Assembly (NCBI GenBank): GCA_965153355.1
Contig: OZ231126.1
Span: 26,660,001 to 26,724,000 of the forward strand
Source of the DNA: Flaccisagitta enflata
Taxonomy: Eukaryota
Length of the DNA: 64,000 nt
Direction of reading: 5' to 3'
Of the stretch, positions 26,204 to 40,924 are shown one piece after another (the first letter of the stretch is position 1; each line of letters starts with the position of its first letter). Position numbers and translations under genes: made by a program. A model generated the notes under the pieces. It made no database searches. It was not told the DNA's origin and worked only from the letters and a program-made list of their open reading frames with translations.

Positions 26204-27498
26204 CTATCTAGAACATAAGTATATCGACAGTATGAAGATTGGTTAATTTAGCAGTATAGGAATCGCAGAAAAACCGCTAAAACATCTCAGATACTTAATA
26301 TTACATCTTTGGGTTTCAACAACTAACTGTATGTGGATTTTCTAAGCACTTTAACACAAATGCTTAGTATAAATGCATGATAACTATCCCTCATAAAATT
26401 TTATTTAAAAAATTTCTTAGTGTATGCTTTGTTCTCCCTTATGCTTCAGTTGCAATCCCAATGATTCAGAGACGTTGAAATCAACCAAGATAATGTAGCA
26501 AAGGTGTTGGGCGCTGTAATTAGGACCAAAAATAGGGTGGAAAACACCTCCAATCTATCTGAAAGGAGACTTAGTAACTTGTACAGAAACTAGATGCATG
26601 TTTTTGGCCATTTTCTAATTGAAGTATCACTCTTGTTTTGCCTGTCAATTCTAAACGCCCTGAGCTAAAAGGATGCGGTTAGCGGCATTTGGTCAGAAAT
26701 TTGAAATAGTTTCAGAATTTCACTGATTTTTGGGCCGGCCCGAGAAAGGGGCTCAGGGCGACCTGCTGCTTTCACACATAGGGGAAATTTTCCTTCTCCT
26801 CCTCCTTCTCCTCCAATCTTACCCCTCAGAAAGCTCATATCCTGGCCTACTCCCAATCCTAGTCTTGAGGCCCAAATCCTAGTCTCCAGGCCCAAATTCT
26901 AGCCTCAAATCTCAATTGCCAGCCTCAAGCCTCAAATCCCAACTTAACCCAAACCTTCTGGAAGCTCATATCCCAGCCTCAGGGCTCACATCCCAGCCTC
27001 ATGGCTCACATCCCAGCCTCATAGCTCAAATCCAAGCCTCAAGCCTCAAATCCCAGCCTCAAGCCTCTAGTCCCAGCCTTGAGGTTCAGATATCAGCCTC
27101 ATGGCTCAAATCCTAGCCTAAAGCCTCAAATCACAGCCTCAAGGCTTATATCCTAGCCTAAAGCCTCAAATCCCAGCCTCAAGACTCTAATCCCAGCCTT
27201 GAGGCTCAAATCACTACCTCAAGTCTCAAATGGCAACCTCAAGGCTTAAATCACATCCTCATGGCTTGAATCACAGCCTTGAGGCTCAAATCCCATTATT
27301 GATGCTCAAATTCAATCCATAAGGCTCAAACTTACTAAGCATGGGTCATCGGTTGCTTAGGGCACTGCTCTCATGCACTCCACACTAACACCAGGGCATC
27401 GGGTGCCATGACATCAACACATGGCTATTATATAAATCTTTTATTCTTAACAGAGTTATTGCTTAAAATGCCTGTCGATATACATATGTTCTAGATAG
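26204..27498. mobile_element. TA-TSD TIR element (CTATCTAGAACATA termini) containing a type I HINE
   Basis: TA|CTATCTAGAACATAAGTATATCGACAG ... CTGTCGATATACATATGTTCTAGATAG|TA. Confidence 0.85.
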
Positions 27499-27801
27499 TA
27501 CTAAGCTTGAACAGGATCACCAAATCGAAATTCCCATGCCTCAAACCTGTCCTCTACGCATAAAATTGGTCTATCAAATTGGTCTCTCAGAAATTTTCCA
27601 ATTGGCATTATCAGGCCTTACATCAGCCTTCTTGAGCCTCAGTTTAGGGTCTTGAAGGCCTCTATGATGGCTCCTCTATGTAGCATCTCTGTCCAGGTAA
27701 GGCAGGACAGGCAAGAGATCCCCCTGTGTTATGCAGGACTTTGTCCCCTTCGAAGACGCTGCCCTGCTTCCCCTCACTTCAACTCTCAATCGCTGACCAT
27801 A

Positions 27802-28411
27802 CCATCTAGCTCATAAATTTACGGACAGCTGGCGAAAAATAAGCATTTTGGCTCACTGTCTGAAAACATGTTCAAATAAATTAATTTTTAGTCATCATAG
27901 GATATTTTGATCAAACAAGTGCTTCTGTTTCGAGTTTCTATCTAATTGGTCTGTGATTTTTTAATTCAAATCAGTGTATCCTGAATGTCTTAAAAAGTAA
28001 CAAAAAACATTGATTTCTTTTTCATTTTCTTTTGATAAAAGATAATTTTGGAGAGATATGTTAAACCGCTGCCTTAAATTTTTTTCAACACAAAAGAAAT
28101 TTGGTACAAATGTGATCTAATGAGGTCAAGCAGAATGATTTTTGCCAATCCATTTGGATTCAAGAACTGTTTCTATAAAAGTCGTCCGTTGTCAATATGA
28201 ACTGAAAATCTCTAAATTTGATTTTGGTAAGATGATTGTTTTTCTTAAAAACGCTGTCATTTCCAAACGGATTGAGCCACTGGGCTCTGCTTGGTCTTGA
28301 ATGGAAGACTTTTTGTCATAGTTTGTTGATCTGCTTTCATTTTTGTATTGAATATTGAAGTTTAGCTGCTATGAACATGAGTAGGTGTCCGTATATTTAT
28401 GAGCTAGATAG
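27802..28411. mobile_element. TA-TSD TIR element (ATCTAGCTCATAAAT termini)
   Basis: TA|CCATCTAGCTCATAAATTTACGGACA ... TGTCCGTATATTTATGAGCTAGATAG|TA. Confidence 0.8.
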
Positions 28412-31400
28412 TATATAGTCAAATGATATCTTTATGCCTATGTACAACCTTGCTTGGGTCAAGCTAGCCCTGGTAAGCAATATCATGGAATACTACGGGC
28501 CAGAGAGGATCCTAAGGGCCCAGAAATGGCCAAAAAATGGCAATTTTGAGCAAAAATAGCTTTTTGGGCAGCGGCTCTGAAGGGGACAAAGTCCTGAAGA
28601 ACACAGGGGGAATCTGTCCATACATCCATCTGTCCTTAGCGTCCGTCCCGTCCCCTGCCCCATCCTCAGGGCTTTGTCTCCTTTGGGGCCCAAATCCAAA
28701 CTGTATGGCCAAAATCCAAGCAAAATGGACCAAATCTAAGCAAAATGGCCCAAATCTAAGCAAAATGACCCAAATATAGCTAGAAAACCTGAATTCTGGT
28801 CAGAGTTCTATCATTTTGGCCCTTTAGACCTAGATTCTGGTTTCTAATAACCAGATTCTGGCTACTAAAACCCTGGTCCTAGCCAAGAAATTGGTCTCTG
28901 AGACCCTGATTCTAGCCTAATAGACCCAGATCCTGGCCTGCTCCCCCCTCAACTGAACCTACAAACTACTCAAGAAGGGCAGAGGTACCCTTGTCCATAT
29001 ACTGTCTTTTGTTATTTCTCCATGTTATTCAATGAGAGTTTGAATAACAGGGCATTGTAGACAGAAGTAAGGATGAGAGAAGGAAGGACAGATGGACGGA
29101 CGGATGGACGGACAGACGGACGTACGGACAGATTACCCCTGTGTGCGGATGACCTATGCTATCACACAGGACAAATTTCTCCTCCTTCTCCTCCTCCGTA
29201 CGTCCACCTCCTTCAAGGCTCATATCCCAGCCTTGAGGCCTAAATCCTAGTCTCAAGGCCCAAATTCTAGCCTCAAGGCCCAAATTCCAGCCTTGAAGCT
29301 AAAATTTCAGCCTTGAGTCTCAAATCCCAGCCTTGAGGCTCAAAACCCAACCTAAAGGCTCAATTCCCAAGCTCAAGGCTCAAATCCCAACCTCAAAGTT
29401 AAAATTCCAGCCTTGAGGCTCAAGCCCCAGTTTTGAGGCTCAAATCCCAGCCAAAGGCTCATATTCCAGCCATATGGTTCAAATTTCAGTCTTGAGGCTC
29501 AGATTCCAGCCTTGAGGCTCACATTCCAGCCTCAAGGCTCAAATCACAGACTCAAGGCTCAAACCTCAGCCCCAAGCCTCAGATTTCAGCCTCAAAGGTC
29601 AAATCATTCATGAGGCTCAAATCCCAGCCTAAAGGCTAAAATCCCAATCAAGGACCTTCTAACTTGCTAAACATACACTCTTTTTTGGGCAGCGGCCCCC
29701 AAAGGGGACGAAGTCCTGTAGAACACAGGGGGACTTTTGTTCGTCATTCCGTTCATCCGTCCGTCCGTTTGTCCCCCGGCCAGCTCAGATGCAGAGTCTG
29801 CCTCAGGGACTGAAATTTGCCCTCTCAGGCCTTGGATCTTGCCCTCTCCCCGGGCCTAAAATCTGCTCTCTTGAGCCTGAAATCTGTCCTCTCAGGCCTG
29901 AAGTCTGCCCTCTGAGGCCTGAATCTTACCCTCTCCAGGCCTGAAATCTGCCCTCTCCAGGCCTTGAATCTTGTTCTCTGGGCCTGGAAATCTGCTTTCT
30001 GCTCGGGACTGAAATCTCTGTCCTTTCAGGCCTGAAATCTGCCTCACAGATTCAAGGCTCCAGAGGGCAATTTCAGGCCTGAAGTATTCCAGCCTGAAAG
30101 AGGGCTAATTCAGGCACAGGGAGCCCTGAGAAGGGAACAGACAGACAAAGGAACCCGGACGGAATGACAGACATCCTACCTTCTTAATGCTTGCCCTGCT
30201 CATCTCATCATTTCTAATAATGAGCTTGGAACAGCAAAAAGTACATAAGCGCTGACCCACATATTGCCAGCAGGGCCTGAAGTGCATAAGGACAAGTGTT
30301 TTTTTTTTTTTTTTTGAGGTTTACCCTCTGCCTCACATCCATTACCTCTGCATTGGGGCAACGGGTGTGTGACCATCTACTTTGCGACTATTTATGTTCA
30401 AATGATATCTTCTAAATGCCTATGTACAATCTTGTTGATTTTTTTTTAAAAGTAACTACTCACATATCTTTTAGACAGCTAAGGACAAGTTCATGAAGCA
30501 CCGGGGGGGAACTTTCGATTGCGTCCCGTTCGTTCATCCCCTGATCCCATTCGTCCTTCCATCTGTTCGTCCTTATATCGAACCCTCGAAATCTCAAATT
30601 TGGCCTCTCAGGCCTCAAATCTCTAGTCTCTCAGGCCTCAGACTATGCCTCTCAGGCCTACAATCCTGGCTCTCTCAAGGCTCAAATCTGGCCTCTTGGG
30701 CCTCAAATCCAACCTCTTGCCTCAAGATGGGCCTCTCAAGCCTCAAAATCCCTAGCTACTCAGATCTCCTCCGTCAGTTCTCTATGGCCTTCCAAGCCTT
30801 GATCAAGCTCTTTTCAGCCTCAAGTCAGCCTATTCCAGAAAGCCTCAACCTGGCTTTCTTGCCCATCAGCCACTCTTGAACTTAGAATTCAGCCAAACGG
30901 ACGGACAGATGGACAAACAGACGGACAAACAGAGTCCCCCTGTGTCCCACAGGACCGTGCCCCTTCAGAGCCCCTTCCTTTCCCTCACTCCCCTTCTTCA
31001 GCAAATTACTCCAATCAGTGCAAGCAGTACGGCTGACCTTGTGCGATCCTTTGACCACATATTGCCCTTGGGCGACCTGTTCCTATTCCTCCTCCTCAAC
31101 TACCTCTTCCTCCACCACCACTACTACCACCAACACCACCATCCAATTGTAGACTGCGCATCCTGCTTACCCACAATCTAAATAGTCGCAAAAGCGTTAG
31201 ATGGTCAGCGCAGTACCCAGTGCTAGGTGGTGGCTTTGGTGTGAGTGAGCAAAGGTGTATTTAAAGGGGCTGATGACCTTTGCTGTTTTTAATTTGAAGG
31301 CCTCAAGGCCAGATTAGGCCTGGGTTTGGGTGGGACCTGAGGCTGGATTTGTAGTCTCGAGGCTGGGATTGAGCTTGAGGCTAGTTGAGCCTGGAGCTGG

Positions 31401-33745
31401 GATTTGCAGGCTTTGAGGCTGGGGATTTGGGCCTCGAGACTGAGATTTGAGCCTCAAGACTGGATCTGAGCTTCAAGACTTGGGTTTGAGCCTTGAGGCT
31501 CCCAGTTGAGTCTCGAGGCTGAGATTTGTAGGCTAGTGGGAGTTTGAGACACTTCGATGCTAGGATTTGGGCCTGGCGGGGGGGGGCACAGAGGAGAAGA
31601 AGGAGAAGAACGCGACTTTATTCCTCGCTTTGTTCGTCCATCTGTTGTCTGGTCTATCTGTCCGTCACACTTTTACTTCTTTATGAATTTTATTTCTTTA
31701 AGTCATTTTAAGTCATTTGGGAGTATACTAAGTCTTTCTAAGTCAATTTGTAAGTCTCGCACGCACCACCCTCTCCTCCTCCTCCTCCTCCTCCTCCACA
31801 GCTCCACCACCACATTCACCACCATCTTGTCATACATAGCAAATCTTCTTTCCCACTATCAACAAGAATATGTCAAAGATAATCAATTTTAGCAATTTTT
31901 CACTGAGCTGCTGCCCTCTGCTACTCCTCCTCCTCCTCTTCCACCACAGCTCCACCTCAACCACCACCTTGTCATAGACAGCACATTCTTCTTACCCACT
32001 ATTAGCAAAAATGTGTTAATGAGCTTAGTCTACCTTATCAATTTGCGCAATTTTTCCATCAACCCCCTTTTTTTTGGGCAGCGGCCCCGAAGGGGCCAAT
32101 GACCTATGCTTTCACACAGGAGAAATTTCTCCTCCTTCTGTTCTCCTCCCTTTCTTTAACCTCAGTCTTCCTTTGAAGCTCATATTCTAGCCGCCGAGGC
32201 TCATCCCTAATCTGTCGAGCCCCAGATTCCTAGTCAAGGCCCAAGTTGTTCTAGCCTCAAGGCCCAAATCCTACGCTCAAGGCCCAAATCCTAGCCTTGA
32301 CGCTCAAATCCCAGCCTCACGGGCTCCGTCAGCCTCAGGGTGAAATCCCAGTCTAGGGGCCTCCATCAACATGGGCTCAAATTCTCAGCCTAGAGCTCAA
32401 ATCAGCTAAGGCTCACAATCCCAACCCGGGGCAAGAATCCTGGCAGGCTCAAATCTCAGCCTTCAGGCTCAAATCCTAGCTTCGAGGCTGAAATCCCAGC
32501 CAGGCTCAAATCTCAGCAGAGCTCAAATCAGCCAAAGACCAAAGACTCACATCCCGTGTGAGAACAAATCCACCCTCGAGCTCAAATCCTAATCCCAACC
32601 TCAGAGGCTACTAAAAATCTACATTATTGATGCTCAATTTCAACCTGGTTCAAAAATTACAAAGCATAGGTCATCGGCCCACTCCAGACCACTTTATTTC
32701 TCACCATCACATCTACATATACTCACAAAGGGGTGTGGTGCCATGTTCCTAACGCTTTGCATTATTCTTCTTGTCCTCTTTTTGGGCAGCGGCCCTGAAG
32801 GAGATGATGCCTGTGCTTTCACTGCATGGGAAATTTCTCCTTCTTATCACCCCACCCTCTTCTCAAGTCCCACCCTCAAGCCCAAATCCTGGTCTAAAAT
32901 TTAAATCTACTCAAAGTCCAAATCCTACTCTTGAGGCCCAAATTCTAGCAGGGCTCAAATCTAACCTAGAAGCCTCTGGAAATCCCAGCCTGGGCTCAAT
33001 CCCAGCCTCGGCTCAGAATCCCAGCCTTCAGGCTCAAATTCCAGCCTGAAGGCTCAAATCTCAGCCTGAAGGCTGAAATCCCAGCCTCAAGGCTCAAATC
33101 TAAGCCTCAAGGCTCAAATCCTAGCCTTGAGGCTCAAACGCCAGCCTCAAAGCAAAAATCCCAGTCTCGAGGGTCCAATCCCATTCCCCAGGCTCAAATC
33201 CCAGCCTCGAGGTTCAAATCCCAGCCTTGAGGCTCAAATCCCAGCCTCAGGGGCCCAATTCCTGGTCTTGGGGCCCAAGTCTGGTCTCAAAGCCCAAATT
33301 CTGGTCTCAGAAGGCTCATATCCCAGCCTTCCCGACCTGATTCCAGCCTCGAAGCTCAATGAAAACAGCATAGGTCATCAGCCCCTAGGGCCGCTGCCCC
33401 TCTAACCACCACCCACCCACATACACTCACATAGGGGCAACGGGTATCGCTGACCATCTGACGCTTTTGCGACTATTCTTCTTCTTTTCCTCCTCCTCCT
33501 CCTCGTCATCCTCCTCCTCCTCCCACCACCATCTTGTCATACACTGCACATTCTTCTTACCCACTATCAACAAGAATATGCAAATTAACTTGGTCCAGCC
33601 TATAAATTTGCGCAATTTCTCCCCCTAATGCCACCATCGTCTCCTCTTCCTACCCCTCCTCCTTCTCCCCACATCACCACCACTTCTGCCACTACCTATA
33701 CACATTCTATCTATCCACTATCAACAAGAATATGTTTGAATGATT

Positions 33746-34548
33746 CCGGGTCATCAGCCTGAGATGCCGGATTCTGTTAAGCTTTCGCTCATAGATGCCA
33801 CATATCTTGGATTTCATACTAACTGCGTGCACGCAACTCTACACCCCGCTTTTTACGTCCGTCTGTCGGTCTGTTGGTCACACTTTACCTTTTTTTATCA
33901 ATTTTATTTCTTTAAGTCATTTAAAGTTATTCAAGAGTATACTGAGACTGAGTATACTGAGTATACTGAGTCATTCTAAGTCATTCTAAGTCATTCTAAG
34001 TCAATCTGTAAGTCTTGCACGCACAACTTATAGGTGTTGGCCTTGTTTGTATAAAAATTTCATCCAAATCGGTCAAGTAGTTTAGATTTTACAAGGCTTT
34101 GAAGTAAAAACTAATTTTCTCTCAATAGCAGAATTTTCAATAAAAATTCTAAGGAAGAGAAACATTTTCAAGTTCTCTTTTTGAACAGTTTAAGATGGGA
34201 ACATGTCAATGCTATAGTTTGAAAAAAATTGGTCTGGTTTCATAAATTTGTCAAATCATAATTTATCTATAGGCCTAATCTTGTGTCTACAACCAAATAT
34301 TGCACTGAATGAAATAGGGAAAACCTTACTGTTCCTCCATTTTCCCATCAAAAAAACAGAAGTAGCAAAAAGAAAGTTTTTCCCTTGTTCACATGTAAAA
34401 TCTAAACTACTTGACCGATTTTGATGAAATTTTGACACAAAAAACGTTAATCTATACTCTTTAAGAGACAATTAGTGTAAAATCCGTGATATATGGCATC
34501 TCAGAGTGAAAGCTTAACATTATCCGGCATCTCAGGCTGATGACCCGG
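33746..34548. mobile_element. Tc1/mariner-type MITE (CCGGGTCATCAGCC termini) with nested HINE family B (~33820-34047)
   Basis: CCGGGTCATCAGCCTGAGATGCCGGAT ... ATCCGGCATCTCAGGCTGATGACCCGG|TA; the internal HINE ends TATAGGTGTTGGCCTTGTT. Confidence 0.85.
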
Positions 34549-34831
34549 TAAACAATATATCAAAAGAACTTGGCTTAAAGATGAAAATTTATAATAGAGC
34601 TGATCTAGAAGCCTCTTTGTGAACAGTGGTATTTTTCATTTCATTACATTGTGCAATAGAAATGAAAAAATAGCATTGCAAATTTTGCTCTAATTCAATC
34701 GAAGTTTTACAAATCTGATTCCTTTTTATTGTTCTGCAATAACTCTTTAACGTAAGTTTTTGCTTTGACTAAAATGGGGGTTTGCACCTAAAGATAGTGG
34801 CTTGTTTGAAGTAACATCTGGCTACTATTTA

Positions 34832-35684
34832 CAGCCGGAGACCCTAGAAAAGCTGATTTTTCAGCTTTTGCATTTTTTTCAATTTTTCCTTATATTAGCT
34901 TTAATGGGCTCATTGAGTGCATTCTTCTTTTTGTTATTATTGGACCTGTGGTCTGTTTGCTACATTGTGTAAAATTGTGGTTTTATTTAACTCAGTTTTA
35001 ACACTTTGCAAATCATGAAAAAAATTGGGTTCAGATGGCACCTTTCAATTTTTCTAATTTTTGGCTTACAGATAGATTTTGAGACAAAAAATTCACGTAA
35101 ATGTCACATCCTTTACGCCTCATTAATAAATAGGTCAAAACAGCGCTTTCCCAAATATTTAAAAACAAGAAGTGTTTTGAAATAAAAATGAAGTCTCCAG
35201 GGTGCTGAGCTGAAAAAGCTCAATTCTGAGCTTTTCAAAAGCATCAGAGTTGAGCTTTGGTTTGAGGAGATAAGGAAGACTCAAGTCTCAAAAAGCTCAA
35301 CTCTGAGCTTTTTGAAAGCTCAGAGTGGAGCTTTTTGAGATCTAACAACTTGGGTGTTAAACTACTGGGCTTTTAGATATTTAAAAGCGCGTTTTGACCT
35401 ATTTATTGATGAGTGCTTAAGGATTTGACATTCTAGATGAATTCCTTGTCTCAAAATGTATCTGTAAGCCAAAAACGAAAAAAATTGAAAGTTGCCATCA
35501 GAACTCAATTACCTATGATTTTGAAAAAAATACTAAAGTGAGTTATTAACAATTTTTCCATAATCTTCACAGACCATGGATTCCATAACAAGAAAAGAAT
35601 AACCACTCAATGTTTGTTGCCAGAAAGGAAAAATTGAAAAAAAAGCAAAAGCTGAAAAATCAGCTTTTCTAGGGTCTCCGGCTG
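34832..35684. mobile_element. Fold-back MITE, TA TSD
   Basis: TA|CAGCCGGAGACCCTAGAAAAGCTGATTTTTCAGCTTTTGC ... perfect inverse |TA; the interior is also palindromic. Confidence 0.9.
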
Positions 35685-37605
35685 TATTGAAGGTTACAAC
35701 TTCAAGGGCCCAAAAAGCATAGAAGATATGGTCTCAGGTGCATCAAATTTTGACTCAAGTTAGCTAGCAAGTGGTTCTTGCTCAAAAAAGCGGCGTTTGG
35801 ACAATTTGGTTACGCACCGCCCCCCTGGAAAACCTCAAGCATGAAACGCGTAGGCAAGTAATCATCAATTCTTATCAAAAATTTTAAAAGAAGCGAAATA
35901 GTACCTAACAGCGCATTTTGCACAGATGAATGTAGGACACTGGTCTGGGGAAGATTTTGTATCTTAAGCAAACACCTTGCTAGAATTTAGAGGGAGAATG
36001 GATGTTATAAAAAGGCGCAAAAAAGGACAATGACAATTTTTGATATGGGAATATTTGTATAGCATTGAGAGTATTTCACAACCCCAGGCAATTTTCTAGT
36101 CATTTCACATCACATTTTAGTAGAATATACATTTAGTTAATGATTTTTGGCCTTTAGATGTCAACATACTTCAAAGTTGTGACGTTAAATAGTAGCTACC
36201 TGTTACTCAGCGATATTTTCTACGATAAGGATGAAGGTCCAAATAAGCGGTTTAGCTTTGTGGGCCGCACGGTAGAACTTAGGGGGCTGTGTAGACGGAA
36301 CATGGTTGAATGAATATGTGGATTACTTACCTATCAAAAATTTCTAGTCGCCTGCTACGCTTTGTTTGTCTGTTGGTTGGTAGGTCTGTTGGTCCTGCTC
36401 CTGCTCAAATACTCTGGTGACATCAAATACACTTTTTTATAAGAACCTAGTTTATAAGAACATCAAGGCTTCAGATAGCCCCAAAATTAAGAACATCTTA
36501 AGAACATACAAAGGCTTCAAATTTGGAGAAAAAGTTTTTGCTTAAGATGTTATTCAAAAAACATAAAGAAAACACTTGAATTATAGTATGATTAAGATGA
36601 TATTTTTTAATTTTCAAATAAATATCATGAACATGTCTCCAGACTTTCATGATTGGTATTTGTTTTTACAGTATTTAATAGAAATATATTTAGTACAATT
36701 GAGTAATAGAATATAGTATAGTATACTATAGATTATAGTACTCCTAGGTCAGCGTACGCTGACATGGCGGAGACATTGTTTCCTCATTGTCGGGACGATG
36801 TTCAGTCAAGATTTTTTTTTCAGTTCCCTGCTTAGTCATGGTTATGTCCCTCACGAATTCCTTTGCGGCACTATTACTCCAGTTATCAACTGAGAAGCTA
36901 GAAGGTTGGTTGTGATCTCATGTATGACTCACAGGAACCTTTTTTTTACAGGGTCACACCACATCCACATGGCACTTTCGATGAACATGTTTATGGTTAT
37001 CAGTCGCGGAAGTTTAAGTCGCTTGCAAAGTGTGTCTATATAAGGGTGTGTCCGTCCGTCGGTTGGTGAGCCTGTAGAAAGGTCTGTCATGGCCCAAAAA
37101 AAAACGGCTAAAAATTTAGACATTACTGTCCCGACCCATACGCAAGCAGCTACTCCTTGGTGTAACGTGTAACGTAGAGCTCGAATGATAGTTTTAATTA
37201 AAAACATTATTCTGTGTGGTACGCAACAGAGCTGAGAAGGGAGTTCGGACCTTTGGCTGATGCAGACACTTGTAATAAAAATTGAAAAAAGGCGCCTGAT
37301 GGACGTAAAGCTATGAAAGTTGAAACAACATTGCCCTCAGAAAAGGAGGCCAGAATTCTCCAATTTACAAAGGATGAAAGCCTTGCAAGCTTTCAATGGT
37401 GTTTACTCCGGATTGCTCACGACTATCCTTTACAATTAACAAAAGAAATGCTCACCTGAAAAAACCATCAGCTTGACTGCATACCTCATTAGTATAGGTT
37501 CGGACAGGCACAAAATCTCTTAAAAAAGTAACAATCAAACATTACTAATGTACTGGTGGAAGAACTGACACTAGCAATATTGATTAGAAAACCAAACCCT
37601 ATATA

Positions 37606-38222
37606 CCGGGTGATCAGCCGGAATTGAGTAAATGTATGATGCCATTACTCCTAAACTACAAAAGCAAATTAGTTGGGGATGGTCTAGAATTGAAGAGAAT
37701 TGCTGAACGTTTGCTTATATAAAAAGAAATAGCCCCATAATGTTAAAGAAGCAGCCTTCTAAGTTATATTTCAGTTTAAGTCGATTTGGAAAAGTGGTGC
37801 AATTTTGCGCAGAATCCTCGTCTAATGTCAAGTCATTTCCTTTAAAGTAGAGACATTTTTGGTGAAAAATTGCGGTTCTTATGATTTTCTTTTCAAAACT
37901 GGATTAAAAACTCGTCAATTCGGCACCTTGAAACGGATTTTAGCTGTACTCAATCGACAGATATACTTAAAACACCAAGGACATTGCGTTAATGGGAAAA
38001 AGTCAATCGTCCAAGTTACTCTAATTTTGGCATCAAGTCCCGATCTTGGAAAAAAGCAGCTTCAGCCATTACTTGCAAGCCTTTTGGGCTACAATATCCA
38101 TCTTTGGCTTAAAGTAAACGTTCATTAATTTTCTTTATAATAAACTATTGCCCAAGTTTTAACCAACAGTTGTTCAGTCTCAGTGTCCAAAAAGATTTAC
38201 TCACTTCCGGCGGATCACCCGG
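37606..38222. mobile_element. Tc1/mariner-type MITE, TA TSD
   Basis: TA|CCGGGTGATCAGCCGGAATTGAGTAAAT ... ATTTACTCACTTCCGGCGGATCACCCGG|TA. Confidence 0.85.
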
Positions 38223-38353
38223 TACCCCATACCCTATATACGACCAACTAAAGTCACGGATTCGGGAATTTCAAGTAAATCTACAACCGTTTAGAACTCT
38301 TTCTAGCGAAGGCTACTTGAAAAGTATGCGCAACAAATTGAGAGTGAACCGTA

Positions 38354-38416
38354 AGCTTAGAGCTCATACGCGAGCTTAGAGCTCATACGCGAGCTTAGAG
38401 CTCATACGCGAGCTTA
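38354..38416. repeat. Perfect 19-bp tandem repeat x3.3
   Basis: AGCTTAGAGCTCATACGCG three times plus AGCTTA. Confidence 0.95.
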
Positions 38417-38561
38417 CACCTGAACGAATACAACGCGGATTTCTCCGCTCTTGATTCAATATAAATTCACTTCCTTGAAAAGGGGGAGAAACCAAACTTA
38501 GTTAAATGGATTAGATCGCAATGCAATGAGCATACAAATGGAGGAGGAAGTTCAGAGAGAG

Positions 38562-38656
<95 letters not shown>

Positions 38657-38664
38657 ACGAGAGA

Positions 38665-38698
<34 letters not shown>

Positions 38699-38714
38699 CT
38701 ATCCTTTTTCGCTC

Positions 38715-38790
<76 letters not shown>

Positions 38791-38839
38791 TCCTTCATTC
38801 TCTTTTTTCCCTTCTCACTCTCTCCCCTCTCCCCTCTCC

Positions 38840-38925
<86 letters not shown>

Positions 38926-39300
38926 GCCCGCGTCCGGTCAACTGTCGGTTGGTTGGTCATGATGCATCTTTGCCACGGTTGGTTTCTTCATCTTCCCAAA
39001 TCGGCGGATAATCCGGTTTGATTTTGGGCTTAGGGCCGGGCAAAGGGCCGTCAATGGCTCAGAGGCCGGGCAAAAGGCCGCTCGGCGACCGAGAGGCGGC
39101 CTCAGGAACGTCGCCGCTTAGAAAGCCTCTCCGTGGGGTGCGTTGGTCGGAGGTGACCAGCGCCTACTTTGCCCGCGTCATCGTCGTCGTCATAGCCATT
39201 ACGGGGCTTCCATCAAACAACAAAAATAACAAAAACAACAAAAACAACAGAAACAACAACGACAACAACAAAAATAACAACAACAACAACAACAACATTG

Positions 39301-39376
<76 letters not shown>

Positions 39377-39518
39377 CGATAACAACAACGACAACAACAA
39401 CAATAACAACAATAACCGCAACAACAATGACAATCACAATAATCACAACTCCAACAACAACAACCAAAATCACAACAACAACCAAAACAACAACAATAGT
39501 AACAACAACAACAATAAG

Positions 39519-39550
<32 letters not shown>

Positions 39551-39551
39551 T

Positions 39552-39639
<88 letters not shown>

Positions 39640-40249
39640 GAACAAAAAAAACAATAACAAAACAACAACAATGATAGCAACAACAACAATAGCAACAACA
39701 ATGACAACAACTAAAACATCAACAACAACGACTGCAACAACATCTGGTTACTTCATCATTATCAAATAATCATGACCACCATCGTCATCTTCATCATCGT
39801 TTACATTTACGTCATCACTGTCACCAAAGTCAACGCCATCGTCACTTTCTTCGTCACTTTCGTCATCATCATCGTCTTCGTCCTCGTCGTCGCCTTTTTC
39901 GTTAAGGGAGGGAGAGCGCATTGGGCCTTACGGGGGATTTGCGTACATAATCGTTGGTTAATCCCGGAAGCGTTTCTTGTCTTCTTCTTATGTTTTCGCC
40001 CGCGGATTTCCGCCGCCTCCGCCTCTGCCGCCTCCGCCGCTGCCGCCTCCGCTGCCGCCTCCGCCAGCAGCACTTCCGTTTCCAACGGATTAAAGATATC
40101 ACCATGAATGTTTTACAAACTTTTCGTTTGACTTTTCGTGACTGAATGCGAGCATGAACGCGCACATAACTAACATTACCTCCCTGCAGAATGAAAGATT
40201 GGCTCTGGATTTTTCGTTTACCTTACGATGATAAAATGAAATACACGAC

Positions 40250-40343
<94 letters not shown>

Positions 40344-40359
40344 CACATACACATACACA

Positions 40360-40548
<189 letters not shown>

Positions 40549-40562
40549 ACACACGCACACGC

Positions 40563-40636
<74 letters not shown>

Positions 40637-40924
40637 GTGCATCCGCCTGGCAAAAAAACAAACAAAAAAAACAAACAAAATAAACAAATTAGTGTTTGAG
40701 ACTTTGATTTGAAAAGACAAACAATTCGTTTGCAAATCCTGTTTTGTGGCTATGTACTTCGAAGGGACAAATTTTTACTTCCTTTTCTTAGCGCTATCTT
40801 TAGTAGAAAACCCGGACCTGGACCTGGATAAAGCCCCAATGTCCCCGGTAAAAAATAATTTTAGTCTGAAAATCCCCAATTTCATCCCTTAAAAGTGAGT
40901 GCAAAAATCGATTCGGGTACAGTA

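Larger units (their letters stand above)
25589..33477. mobile_element. Cluster of at least 8 HINE-like elements with 21-bp tandem arrays (types I and II)
   Basis: TTTTTGGGCAGCGGC starts at ~25589, 28560, 29680, 32068 and 32779. Further copies at ~26750-27430, 29148-29670, 30480-31082, and minus-strand 31181-31590. 3' ends are GCTGACCAT...TTGCGACTATT or TTGCCCTTGGGCGACCTGTT. Confidence 0.8.

Noticed and set aside
29700-33100. High indel divergence among HINE copies as evidence of age
   Set aside because: The abundance of 1-2-nt indels resembles low-quality long-read consensus, so it cannot be interpreted biologically.
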